From assembly GCA_000091165.1 (NCBI GenBank), contig FP565575.1, forward strand, positions 330,001 through 362,000: a stretch of DNA of 32,000 nucleotides. Reading direction: 5' to 3'. Shown here piece by piece: positions 14,242-22,541 of the stretch. Within the stretch, counting starts at the first letter, position 1; each line of letters begins with the position of its first letter. Under the pieces are notes generated by a model, which saw nothing but the letters and a program-made list of their open reading frames with translations, did no database searches and was not told where the DNA came from. Source of the DNA: Candidatus Methylomirabilis oxygeniifera. Its GTDB lineage: Bacteria > Methylomirabilota > Methylomirabilia > Methylomirabilales > Methylomirabilaceae. A program made the translations under genes and the position numbers.

Positions 14242-16493
14242 TCGGCAAGCTGGAGTGACAGTTCCCGGCTTTCCGTCTCTGCGTTGCACGCAGACAGGCC
14301 CTTTTGCAGTCGAGCTACGAGGCCGGTGTAGCGAAGCTGGATCTTCTGATTCTTCACGGCGATGGCGATCGCCTTTTTGGTGCCTACCAGGACGACCAGG
14401 CGTCTGCCTCGCGTAATGGCGGTGTACAGGAGGTTTCGCTGAAGCATGACGTAGTGCGCCGTGTGCATCGGGATGACGACGACCGGATACTCACTGCCCT
14501 GGCTCTTGTGGATGGTAACAGCGTAGGCGAGCACCAGTTCATCCAGCTCGTTGAAGTCGTAGGTGACGTGGCGATCGTCAAACCGGACAGTGACCTCGCG
14601 GTCTTCCAGGTTGAGCGTGACGATCCGGCCGATGTCGCCGTTATAGACGTCCTTGTCGTAGTTATTCCTGATCTGCATCACGCGATCCCCACGCCGGTAG
14701 AGGCGACCGGCGCGAAGCAGCTCCGGCCCTGACGGGTTTAGGAGCGCCTGCAGCGCCTGATTCAGTTGCATGGCGCCGATCGGCCCTTTCTGCATCGGGC
14801 TCAGGATCTGTAACTCCTCCAGCGTATCGACGCGATGCCGTGAAGGCAGCCCCCGCGCCGCCAGCTCCAGGATCGCCGCCTGGACCTCCAGCGCGTCTTG
14901 TTTGGCGAGCAGGTAACAGTCGCCGTGCTCCTGCGCCTCCCAATCCGTGCAGAACGGCATCTCCCCCCGATTGATCCGGTGGGCATTGACCACAATCTGG
15001 CTCTCCCTGGCCTGCCGGAAGATCTCGGATAGTCGGATGACCTGCACAAGGCCCGACGCAATGATGTCGCGCAGCACCGCGCCCGGCCCTACCGATGGGA
15101 GCTGGTCCACATCACCCACCAGAATCAGACCGGCAGCCGGCGGGATGGCCTTCAGAAGGGAGTTCATCAGCACGATGTCGATCATCGAGGCCTCGTCCAC
15201 GATCACCAGATCGGCATCCAACGGTCTGTGCTGGTCTCGCTTGAACCGACCATCCTTAGGACTGAACTCCAGGAGGCGGTGGATGGTCTTGGCTTCCCGA
15301 CCCGTGGCCTCGCTCATTCGCTTTGCTGCCCGCCCCGTAGGAGAGCAGAGGAGCATCCGGCGGTGTTTTTTCTCCAGGATCTGCAGGATGCACCGCAGGA
15401 TGGTCGTCTTGCCGGTACCAGGGCCGCCGGTGATGACCAACAGCTTGCGTATGAGGGCCGCACGGATCGCCTCCCTCTGTTGTTCCGCCAAGTGTAGCCT
15501 GTTCACCTGCTCCGCCCAGAGAATGGCGCGTTCGATGTCGATGTCTGCGGGGAGCTCGCCCCCTTCAGTCAGGACCTGCAGGCGCCGGGCGACCCCTTCC
15601 TCCGCCGCATACAGCGAGGCGAGGTAGGCCGCCACCCCTTGCGGTTCAGGCTCATCCGTCTGTGTACGAAGCACAGGCAGGCAGACCACCCGTTCCTCGC
15701 GTCGAAGCCGTTCAACGGCCTGGGTCACCAGCTCCTCGTCGACCTCCAGAATACCGGCGCTCGCTTTCGTGAGGCCGTCAAGGGGGTAGTAGACGTGGCC
15801 CTCCCCGGCCAGCTCGTTCAGGACATGGATGACCCCGGCCTCCACCCGCAGCGGCGAATGCGGCTCAATCCCGATCGCCTGGGCGATCCGGTCGGCGGTC
15901 TTGAAGCCGATCCCATAGATGTCCTTGGCCAGCCGGTAGGGGTTTTCCTGGACAACAGCGATGGAGGATTTTCCGTAGGCTTTGAAGATCTTGGCGGCAT
16001 AGGCGGAGGAGACGCCATGGCCCTGCAGAAAGACCATCACCTCCCGGATCTCTTTCTGCTCCTCCCAGGCGGTCCGGATCCGCTGAAGTCGAACCTCGCC
16101 GATCCCATCCACCGTGAGCAGGCGGGAGGGCTCCTCCTCGATAATACGCAGGGTGTCGATACCGAAGACCTCCACCAGCCTTTTGGCAAAGATCGGGCCG
16201 ATCCCCTTGATGAGGCCGGAGCCCAGATACTTCTCGATACCGGTGAGCGTGGCGGGGGAGATGGTTTCGAAGGCTTCGACCTTGAACTGTTCGCCGTATC
16301 GGTTGTGCTGGATCCACTCGCCGGTCAGCTTGAGAGTCTCGCCCGGCGTGACGGTCGGCAGGTTGCCTACAATGGTGGCCAGGTCCCGGCGTCCGGATAC
16401 CTGGAGCCTGGCCACCACATAGTGGTTCTCTTCGTTGACGTACGTGATTCGCTCCAGCGTTCCCTGGAGCGTGTCGTATGATCGCGCAGGCAT
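14238..16493 (-). CDS. recD2: RecD2-type SF1B DNA helicase
   Basis: 751 aa from ATG 16493. The N-terminal HhH-type region starts TLQGTLERITYVNEENHYVVARL. Walker A is ITGGPGTGKTT, motif II is LVIVDEASMID, and the C-terminal motif is AYAVTIHKSQGSEYP. Confidence 0.9.
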   Translation of the reverse strand: MPARSYDTLQGTLERITYVNEENHYVVARLQVSGRRDLATIVGNLPTVTPGETLKLTGEWIQHNRYGEQFKVEAFETISPATLTGIEKYLGSGLIKGIGPIFAKRLVEVFGIDTLRIIEEEPSRLLTVDGIGEVRLQRIRTAWEEQKEIREVMVFLQGHGVSSAYAAKIFKAYGKSSIAVVQENPYRLAKDIYGIGFKTADRIAQAIGIEPHSPLRVEAGVIHVLNELAGEGHVYYPLDGLTKASAGILEVDEELVTQAVERLRREERVVCLPVLRTQTDEPEPQGVAAYLASLYAAEEGVARRLQVLTEGGELPADIDIERAILWAEQVNRLHLAEQQREAIRAALIRKLLVITGGPGTGKTTILRCILQILEKKHRRMLLCSPTGRAAKRMSEATGREAKTIHRLLEFSPKDGRFKRDQHRPLDADLVIVDEASMIDIVLMNSLLKAIPPAAGLILVGDVDQLPSVGPGAVLRDIIASGLVQVIRLSEIFRQARESQIVVNAHRINRGEMPFCTDWEAQEHGDCYLLAKQDALEVQAAILELAARGLPSRHRVDTLEELQILSPMQKGPIGAMQLNQALQALLNPSGPELLRAGRLYRRGDRVMQIRNNYDKDVYNGDIGRIVTLNLEDREVTVRFDDRHVTYDFNELDELVLAYAVTIHKSQGSEYPVVVIPMHTAHYVMLQRNLLYTAITRGRRLVVLVGTKKAIAIAVKNQKIQLRYTGLVARLQKGLSACNAETESRELSLQLAE

Positions 16494-16518
16494 CTTGGCG
16501 CCACTCCGACGTGAGCGT

Positions 16519-16722
16519 TTAGCCTGTCGCCTCCTCGTACCAGGCCATCTGAATCGCCTCCAACTTGGCCTCCGAAGCGCTGTTGGGGTCGTCGTCGAAC
16601 TCCGCAAGCTCAGTGATCCACTTGTGCAGAGTGGTGAACGGCACCTCCAGAGGATCCTGCTCAGGATGCGACTGAATCAGGGCCGCCGCGATCTCGTACG
16701 TGTCGTCCCAGAAGAGGCTCAT
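16519..16722 (-). CDS. iscX: IscX (YfhJ)-like Fe-S assembly accessory protein
   Basis: 67 aa and acidic. WDDTYEIAAALIQSHPEQDPLEVPFTTLHKWITELAEFDDDPNSASEAKLEAIQMAW parallels the E. coli IscX pattern (...DP..vrFtdlh.WI..L..FDDDP...nE..LEAI...W). Confidence 0.75.
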   Translation of the reverse strand: MSLFWDDTYEIAAALIQSHPEQDPLEVPFTTLHKWITELAEFDDDPNSASEAKLEAIQMAWYEEATG

Positions 16723-16743
16723 CTTCCCTCACCGATTTCTTTC

Positions 16744-16833
16744 GTCATTGCGAGCGACCAATGGGAGCGCGGCAATCTCACCGTCGTTGTCCTGAAGGAC
16801 TGTGAGATTGCTTCGGTTTCGCCTCGCAATGAC
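16744..16833. repeat. Nested palindromic REP/MITE-like element (full unit)
   Basis: The outer arms GTCATTGCGAG...CTCGCAATGAC and the inner arms GCAATCTCAC...GTGAGATTGC are both reverse complements. The first 33 nt are near-identical to the start of the 23620-23782 element. It sits in the intergenic space between sod and iscX. Confidence 0.8.
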
Positions 16834-16860
16834 ACCTTCGTGAAGTAGCCTTAGGAATCT

Positions 16861-17463
16861 CTACAAGTTGACTTGTGGTGCATTAGCGTACCGCGCCGTC
16901 ACAGCCGACCAATCGATGCCCTTAAAGAAGGCTTCGATGTAATCGGCCCGCTTGAGCCCGTAGTCGATCATAAAGGCATGTTCAAACACATCCATAATCA
17001 GCAACGGTACGCCTCCGGACAGGTGCCCGGTGTCATGTTCACCGATCCAGGCATTGCACATCCGATTGGCGACCGGGTCCAGGTATAAGACCACCCAACC
17101 GATCCCCCGCATGGCTCCCGATCCCTTGAAGTCCTTCTGCCAATTGTCGTATGAGCCGAAGTCTGCTGTAAGTTTCTGACAGAGGTCTGAGGCCGGATCC
17201 AAGCCTCTCCCGCCTTTCACCATATTCCCAAAATAGTACTCATGCAAGCGCATTCCATTAAATTCCCAGCCGAATCGCCGCTTCAACTCTGCGTATTCCG
17301 GCGCGGCGGTCTTGCCGTCTTTCAGCATCTGACACAGCGCGTCGGCCAGCTTATTCGTATTGGCGACATACCCCTGGTAGAGCGTAAAATGATTTTTCAT
17401 GAGCGGATCGCTCAATCCCTCGATTCCCAGCAACTGCTCGTAATTTCTTGCCTCGTAAGCCAT
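16861..17463 (-). CDS. Fe/Mn superoxide dismutase family protein (divergent type)
   Basis: 200 aa from ATG 17463, with GAGGAGGAG upstream. Candidate metal ligands lie in KNHFTLYQGYV, NGMRLHEYYF and DVFEHAFMIDY (compare D.WEHAYY). Confidence 0.8.
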   Translation of the reverse strand: MAYEARNYEQLLGIEGLSDPLMKNHFTLYQGYVANTNKLADALCQMLKDGKTAAPEYAELKRRFGWEFNGMRLHEYYFGNMVKGGRGLDPASDLCQKLTADFGSYDNWQKDFKGSGAMRGIGWVVLYLDPVANRMCNAWIGEHDTGHLSGGVPLLIMDVFEHAFMIDYGLKRADYIEAFFKGIDWSAVTARYANAPQVNL

Positions 17464-17549
17464 TGGTTGCTCCTCCTCTGACAAACCGATAAGGGTTGAC
17501 CCGAAATCCAGTGCCTTTGTAAACTCCCGCTTCAAGCATGCGGAGACGA

Positions 17550-17580
17550 GCTTTGCGGGAATGACGTTCGTTATTGCGAC
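17550..17580. repeat. Degenerate fragment of the GTCATTCC / GTCATTGCGA repeat families
   Basis: The reverse complement reads GTCGCAATAACGAACGTCATTCCCGCAAAGC, which contains both core types. It sits in the intergenic space between recQ and sod. Confidence 0.45.
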
Positions 17581-17646
17581 TGACGACGCTATGCACAGCA
17601 GGGAGCATAGACACGCATGCTGGGAATGTCAAGATTCAAGGATGAG

Positions 17647-19527
17647 TCAGTCCCGCGTAGTAGGCGAGCGGGTGATGGGGGGCGCGGGCGAAGTGCCGCC
17701 TGTGGAGGCGGCTTCATGCTGACGGATGCAGGCCAGAAAGCGCTGGCCGAGATCCTGGAGTTTGCGCTGGCCGACCCCCTTGATCTGCAGGAAGGCGTCC
17801 TCGGTGGTGGGGCGTTCTTGCGCCATCTCACGCAGGCTGGCGTCGCTGAAGATGAGGTAGGGTGGGATGCCCCGCTCTTGGGCCATGGTTCGACGGAGGA
17901 CGCGGAGCGTCTCGAACAGGTCCTCATCGCTCGTTCGGTCCAGGCCCGGCGACACGGCCCGGCGCGCGAGCCTGGACGGCGCCTCACGCGAGGGTCTGCC
18001 GACCGTCCGGAGAAGCGGCGCTTCATCTTCTCCCCGAAGGACCCGATGACCCTGTGCGGTTACGTCGAGTGTCGGGTACTCGCCCTCGCCACGTGCGAGA
18101 AACTCCTGTCCCTCGAGTTGCTCAATCCAGTTCCGCACCGTCGCCTTCGGATACTGTCGCAGCACGCCGTAGGTATCCAGCCGACTGTGACGCATCCTCG
18201 CGATCCGGGCGGTTTCGGCCCCACGCAGGACGTCCGTCACGTAGTCGGCGCCGAATCGCTCTCCCATCTCTGTAACGCAGGCGAGGATCTGTCGCGCCAG
18301 CGTCGCCGAGCCGTCCTCAACGGCTACCTCGCCGAGGCAGATATCGCAGGCCCCGCACGTGTCCGTGCGGTATGCCTGGCCGAAGTAGTTCACGAGAAAG
18401 CGGTGCCGACAGGCGGCGCCCTGGCAGTAGTTGTACATCTCACTGAGCTTCGGCAGGGCGCCAGGCGCCGGCAGCCCCTCCGCCATCAGGATGGACCGCC
18501 ACAGGCCGAAGTCGCCGCCGGAGTAGAGCAGCAGGCACTCCGACGGCAGACCGTCGCGCCCGGCCCGGCCCGCCTCCTGCTGGTAGTGCTCGATGGACTT
18601 GGGCATTCCGGCGTGGATGACGTAGCGCACGTCGGACCGGTCAATGCCCATCCCGAACGCCACCGTGGCCACCACGACATCCGCCCGTTCCGCAATGAAG
18701 TCGTCCTGGGTGCGCCGTCGTTCGGCGTCGGCCAACCCGGCGTGATACGCCACTGCCCGATATCCCCGCCGTCGCAACGCATCGGTGAGCTGGTCCACCT
18801 CTGCCCGGCGGATGCAGTAGATGATCCCGGCCGTTCCCCGGTGCCGCTCCAACGCTTCCGTGACCTGTTGCAGCCGATCCGTGCGCCGGCGCACGCGGTA
18901 GACCAGGTTCGGGCGGTCGAAACTCCCAACCAGGATCTCGGGTTCCCGCAGCGCCAACTCCGTGGCGATGTCCGCCCGCACTCGTGGCGTGGCCGTGGCG
19001 GTGAAGGCATGGATGGCCACATCCGGAAAGGCCTCTCGTACCACCTTGAGCTGCCGATACTCCGGCCGGAAGTCGTGCCCCCACTGGCTGATACAGTGCG
19101 CCTCGTCGATCGCGAAGAATGCCACTCCGGCTTGCTTCAGCAACCTCAGGCAGGGAGGAAACACCAGCCGCTCTGGGGCCACGTACAGGAGGTGATACCG
19201 CCCGTTGGCCACGTTCCCTTCCACCAGCCGTCGCTCGTTCGGCGTCAGGCTGCTGTTCAGGAAGGCGGCCGGTACCCCGGCGGTCGTGAGTCCGTCCACC
19301 TGGTCCTTCATGAGGGCAATGAGGGGCGACACCACCACGGCCAGCTTCCCCATCGCCGCCGCAGGCGCCTGATAGCAGAGCGACTTTCCGCCTCCCGTCG
19401 GTAGGATGACGATGGAGTCCCGCCGCGCCAGTACGGCCCCTATGGCCTCTTCCTGCAATGGAAGGAGCGCGTCGTAGCCCCACACGCGCTTTACGGTGTG
19501 CCTGATGTTCTCCACTCGTTCCCCCAC
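17647..19527 (-). CDS. recQ: ATP-dependent DNA helicase RecQ
   Basis: 626 aa. LPTGGGKSLCYQ, DEAHCISQWGHDFRPEY, a zinc-binding Cys cluster (CRHRFLVNYF...CGACDIC), and a C-terminal HRDC-like segment (PPYLIFSDASLREMA). The start is GTG 19527. Confidence 0.9.
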   Translation of the reverse strand: MGERVENIRHTVKRVWGYDALLPLQEEAIGAVLARRDSIVILPTGGGKSLCYQAPAAAMGKLAVVVSPLIALMKDQVDGLTTAGVPAAFLNSSLTPNERRLVEGNVANGRYHLLYVAPERLVFPPCLRLLKQAGVAFFAIDEAHCISQWGHDFRPEYRQLKVVREAFPDVAIHAFTATATPRVRADIATELALREPEILVGSFDRPNLVYRVRRRTDRLQQVTEALERHRGTAGIIYCIRRAEVDQLTDALRRRGYRAVAYHAGLADAERRRTQDDFIAERADVVVATVAFGMGIDRSDVRYVIHAGMPKSIEHYQQEAGRAGRDGLPSECLLLYSGGDFGLWRSILMAEGLPAPGALPKLSEMYNYCQGAACRHRFLVNYFGQAYRTDTCGACDICLGEVAVEDGSATLARQILACVTEMGERFGADYVTDVLRGAETARIARMRHSRLDTYGVLRQYPKATVRNWIEQLEGQEFLARGEGEYPTLDVTAQGHRVLRGEDEAPLLRTVGRPSREAPSRLARRAVSPGLDRTSDEDLFETLRVLRRTMAQERGIPPYLIFSDASLREMAQERPTTEDAFLQIKGVGQRKLQDLGQRFLACIRQHEAASTGGTSPAPPITRSPTTRD

Positions 19528-19543
19528 CTTTTCTGTTCTGGCC

Positions 19544-19656
19544 CGTCATTCCGTGCCTGACACGCCTGCCCCGTACCGGATACTGGGGAATCCAGTCGGG
19601 CCTTCTGGATACCGGCGCCCGCCCCGGACTCCGATCCGGGGTCTGCCGGTATGACG
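19544..19656. repeat. Inverted pair of GTCATTCC-type repeat units
   Basis: CGTCATTCCG...GGGGAATCCAG is followed by CTGGATACCGG...CCGGTATGACG. The ends are reverse complements (CGTCAT/ATGACG), with GGAATCCAG / CTGGATACC at the centre. It sits between the divergent recQ and nfuA genes. Confidence 0.65.
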
Positions 19657-19755
19657 AACTCGCGGCAAGCCGCGGACAATGAACCTCCAGTAGATCCAAC
19701 GAGCACAAAACTCTTTACTATAGGACGGGTCAGATGTTTATACCAGAATCCTTTT

Positions 19756-19761
19756 TATAAT
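19756..19761 (+). promoter_or_regulatory. Perfect TATAAT hexamer in an AT-rich patch upstream of nfuA
   Basis: TATAAT lies about 160 nt upstream of ATG 19919. No good -35 is present. A second candidate is TTGACG-N18-TACCAT at about 19816-19845. Confidence 0.2.
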
Positions 19762-19918
19762 GACAGGCCACTGAGCGGGTTGCGCTGTGAATCCATTCTC
19801 GGGGGGACGCTTCAGGTTGACGTGAAGGGACCTTTGTGTCTACCATAAGGGTGATCCAGCTTTGACTTGGACCAGAGATTGAACCATCATGGGTATAAAG
19901 CCCCACAGAAAGGAATAC

Positions 19919-20512
19919 ATGCTCACGATTACTGAATCGGCAAAAAAGAAGATCCTTGAGCTGATGGAGGCCGAGGGCCAGCCAGGTATAGGGGTGCGTG
20001 TCGTGGTGACAGGGGGAGGCCCTGGAAGCTTTCGCTATGGACTAGGGTTTATGGCCGAAAAGGACAAAGGGGCGGACGATACGGTGATCGACGCTGACGG
20101 CTTCAAGGTCTACGTCGATGCTGAGAGCGCGCCCAAACTCCAGGGCGCTACCGTAGACTTCATCGAGGGGGTCAACCAGAGCGGTTTCAAGATCGACAAT
20201 CCGAACTCCGGGTGGACGGACCCTGTCGCGGCGGCTGTCCAGCGGGTGATCGACGCCCGGATCAATCCTGGCGTGGCGGCTCACGGCGGATACGTGACAC
20301 TGCTGGACGTCAAGGATGGCATCGCCTACATTACGTTCGGAGGCGGGTGCCACGGCTGCGGGATGGCCGATGTGACACTGAAGCAGGGGGTCGCTGTGGA
20401 GATCCAGAAGGCGGTCCCGGAGATCCACCAGGTCCTCGATACGACCGACCATGCGGGCGGCACCAACCCGTATTACCAGGCGCCCAAGGGTGGCGACTCT
20501 CCCCTGGTCTAA
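19919..20512 (+). CDS. nfuA: NfuA-type Fe-S cluster carrier (degenerate A-type domain + Nfu domain)
   Basis: 197 aa from ATG 19919. The N-terminus ITESAKKKILELM...GVRVVVTGGGPGSFRYGLGF is IscA-like without the Cys triad. The C-terminus INPGVAAHGGYVTLLDV...GGGCHGCGMADVTLK is an Nfu domain with CxxC. Confidence 0.85.
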   Translation: MLTITESAKKKILELMEAEGQPGIGVRVVVTGGGPGSFRYGLGFMAEKDKGADDTVIDADGFKVYVDAESAPKLQGATVDFIEGVNQSGFKIDNPNSGWTDPVAAAVQRVIDARINPGVAAHGGYVTLLDVKDGIAYITFGGGCHGCGMADVTLKQGVAVEIQKAVPEIHQVLDTTDHAGGTNPYYQAPKGGDSPLV

Positions 20513-20525
20513 GGAAGCTGAGCCG

Positions 20526-20846
20526 ATGAAGGTCGATCTAACATCACTCATGGCGGAGTTAAAGGAAGGGCTCCAGACGCTCTACGGCGATCGCCTGAAG
20601 GGCCTGTATCTGTTCGGCTCCTATGCTCGCCATGAGGCTGATGAAGAGTCCGATGTGGATGTGCTGGTCGTCCTGGATCGCGTAGACAACTATTCCCAGG
20701 AAATCGATCGGACCGGCCAAATGGTTTCGGTCCTCTCCTTGGAGCACGGGGTCACTATCAGCCGGGTCTTCGCGACTGAGCAGCGGTGGTTAGAAGATCA
20801 GACGATGTTCTTCTTGAATGTCCGGGAAGAGGCCGTCCCGGTATGA
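20526..20846 (+). CDS. MNT-type nucleotidyltransferase antitoxin of a HEPN-MNT module
   Basis: 106 aa. LYLFGSYARHEADEESDVDVLVVL is the canonical GS-x10-DxD motif. Its stop overlaps the ATG of the HEPN gene (ATGA at 20843-20846). Confidence 0.85.
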   Translation: MKVDLTSLMAELKEGLQTLYGDRLKGLYLFGSYARHEADEESDVDVLVVLDRVDNYSQEIDRTGQMVSVLSLEHGVTISRVFATEQRWLEDQTMFFLNVREEAVPV

Positions 20847-20910
20847 AGGAAGAGGCCCGGACACTCCTTGAGAAGGGTTACCGCGCCTTGCACGCTGCGG
20901 AGACGCTTCC
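20843..20910 (+). pseudogene. 5' fragment of the HEPN toxin gene, interrupted by IS3 element 2
   Basis: MKEEARTLLEKGYRALHAAETL(P), after which the frame enters the IS terminal repeat. Confidence 0.8.
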
Positions 20911-20981
20911 CTCTGTGCCAATAATAGTGAGACACCTGCCCCCCTGTAAATTAGAGTAGAGGGTAGGGAGGAACACACATC

Positions 20982-21485
20982 ATGAGAACTGGACCGATCA
21001 CAGCTTCCCAGGGCAGCGCAGTCGCCCGCCGAGTCCCCGCACGTCCGTGGCCTGGCACCGCACGCCCCGCCGAGCCGCAGCGGGTGGTCCCAGCAGTCCC
21101 ACCCGATCCCGAGGTGCCCACAAAGCCGGCACGACGACGGTTCACCGCAGCCGAGAAGCTCCGCATCTTGAGACTCGCCGATGCCTGCACGGTGTCGGGG
21201 AGCCTGGGGGCGCTCTTACGCAAGGAGGGGCTGTACTCGTCGAACCTCACCACCTGGCGCCGACAGCGGGACGCGGGCACCCTGTCCGCCCTCACGCCCC
21301 AGAAGCGGGGCCGCAAACCGTCGATCCGCAGTCCACTCGCCCAGGAGCATGAGCAGCTTCGTCGGGAGAACGAACGGCTGACGCGGCGGCTCCGACAGGC
21401 CGAGCTCATCATTGATGTTCAAAAAAAAGTTTCGCAGATCCTGGGGATCCCCCTGGCGACCTCCGAGGCAGGAGGCAGCGACTGA
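20982..21485 (+). CDS. IS3-family transposase OrfA
   Basis: 167 aa. FTAAEKLRILRLADA...LGALLRKEGLYSSNLTTWRRQRD is the HTH. EHEQLRRENERLTRRLRQAELIIDVQKK is the coiled coil that ends at the slippery run. Confidence 0.9.
   Translation: MRTGPITASQGSAVARRVPARPWPGTARPAEPQRVVPAVPPDPEVPTKPARRRFTAAEKLRILRLADACTVSGSLGALLRKEGLYSSNLTTWRRQRDAGTLSALTPQKRGRKPSIRSPLAQEHEQLRRENERLTRRLRQAELIIDVQKKVSQILGIPLATSEAGGSD
21421..21429 (+). promoter_or_regulatory. Programmed -1 frameshift site (A AAA AAG) of IS element 2
   Basis: The A8 run plus G reads CAA AAA AAA GTT in the orfA frame. orfB is in the -1 frame. Confidence 0.75.
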
Positions 21486-22489
21486 TGGGCGCCGCGCAGA
21501 CTCTGGCCTCCGAGGTAGGGATCAAACCGGCCTGCGACGCGTTCGGCACTTCTCGTGCCGGCTTCTACCGCGCCCAGACACGAACGCACGCTCCGATGGT
21601 GGAGCCAACGAGGCGCCCCAGCCCTCCACGGGCGCTGTCCGCCGATGAACGGCAGGGCGTGCTCGACCTGCTGCACGCCGACCGGTTTGCCGACCAGGCG
21701 CCCCATGAGGTCTATGCGACCCTCCTGGACGAAGGCGACTACCGCTGCTCCATCCGCACCATGTACCGACTCCTCAACGACCACACCGAGGTCAAAGAAC
21801 GCCGGAACCAGTTGCGCCATCCGGTATATCAGAAACCGGAACTGCTGGCCACGGCCCCGAACCAGGTCTGGTCGTGGGACATTACGAAGCTCCTCAGCCC
21901 GGTGACGTGGTCCTACTTCTACCTCTATGTGATCCTGGACATTTTCAGCCGGTACGTCGTCGGCTGGATGGTCGCCTTGGCGGAATCGGCCGCCTTGGCC
22001 GAACGACTCATCCGTGAGACCTGCGCCAAACAGGGGATCGACAAAGGGCAGCTCACGATCCATGCGGACCGGGGCTCCTCCATGACCTCCAAGCCCGTGG
22101 CGTTCCTGTTGGCCGATCTGGGCGTCACCAAAACCCACAGCCGGCCGCATACGAGTGATGACAACCCGTACTCGGAAAGTCAGTTCAAGACCCTCAAGTA
22201 CCGACCGGACTTCCCGGAACGGTTCGGGTGCATCGAGGATGCCCGGGGCTTCTGTCAGGACTTCTTCACCTGGTATAACACCGCGCATCGGCATACGGGC
22301 ATTGGTCTCCTGACACCGGAGGTCCTGCACTACGGCTTGGCGGACGAGGTCCGCGCGGCTCGCGCCGCGATCCTGCAGGCCGCCTATGAAACCCATCCGG
22401 AGCGGTTCGTCCGCAAGGTGCCGGTTCCCCCGGCGCTTCCGGAGGCCGCGTGGATTAACAAACCGAAGCCGATGGATACCGAGCGATGA
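21485..22489 (+). CDS. IS3-family transposase OrfB (DDE/rve)
   Basis: 334 aa. VWSWDITKL, LTIHADRGSSMTS and DDNPYSESQFKTLKYRP are the DDE triad candidates. The tail is YNTAHRHTGIGLLTP. Confidence 0.9.
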   Translation: MGAAQTLASEVGIKPACDAFGTSRAGFYRAQTRTHAPMVEPTRRPSPPRALSADERQGVLDLLHADRFADQAPHEVYATLLDEGDYRCSIRTMYRLLNDHTEVKERRNQLRHPVYQKPELLATAPNQVWSWDITKLLSPVTWSYFYLYVILDIFSRYVVGWMVALAESAALAERLIRETCAKQGIDKGQLTIHADRGSSMTSKPVAFLLADLGVTKTHSRPHTSDDNPYSESQFKTLKYRPDFPERFGCIEDARGFCQDFFTWYNTAHRHTGIGLLTPEVLHYGLADEVRAARAAILQAAYETHPERFVRKVPVPPALPEAAWINKPKPMDTER

Positions 22490-22541
22490 GGCGCGACACT
22501 AAATTCGGACACCAGGTGTCTCAAAATCATTGACACATTCC

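Larger units (their letters stand above)
20911..22537 (+). mobile_element. IS3-family insertion sequence (element 2), unrelated in sequence to element 1
   Basis: The terminal inverted repeats are TGTGCCAATAATAGTGAGACACCTG (from 20914) and the reverse complement of the right end, TGTGTCAATGATTTTGAGACACCTG (ending 22537). The ends are TG...CA. It has orfA/orfB with an A8G slippery site. TTCC (20907-20910 and 22538-22541) and CGCTTC (20904-20909 and 22541-22546) flank it, so the exact left junction is ambiguous by about 3 nt. Confidence 0.9.

Noticed and set aside
17617-19404. 595-aa plus-strand ORF opposite recQ (and the 18641-19708 minus out-of-frame ORF)
   Set aside because: These are antisense or out-of-frame ORFs typical of high-GC sequence. 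RecQ motifs are unambiguous in the 17647-19527 minus frame.
21419-22396. 325-aa minus-strand ORF inside IS element 2, and 15639-16481 / 14947-15627 plus-strand ORFs inside recD2
   Set aside because: They are shadow ORFs with no recognisable motifs and no ribosome-binding sites. They are fully contained in well-supported genes on the other strand.
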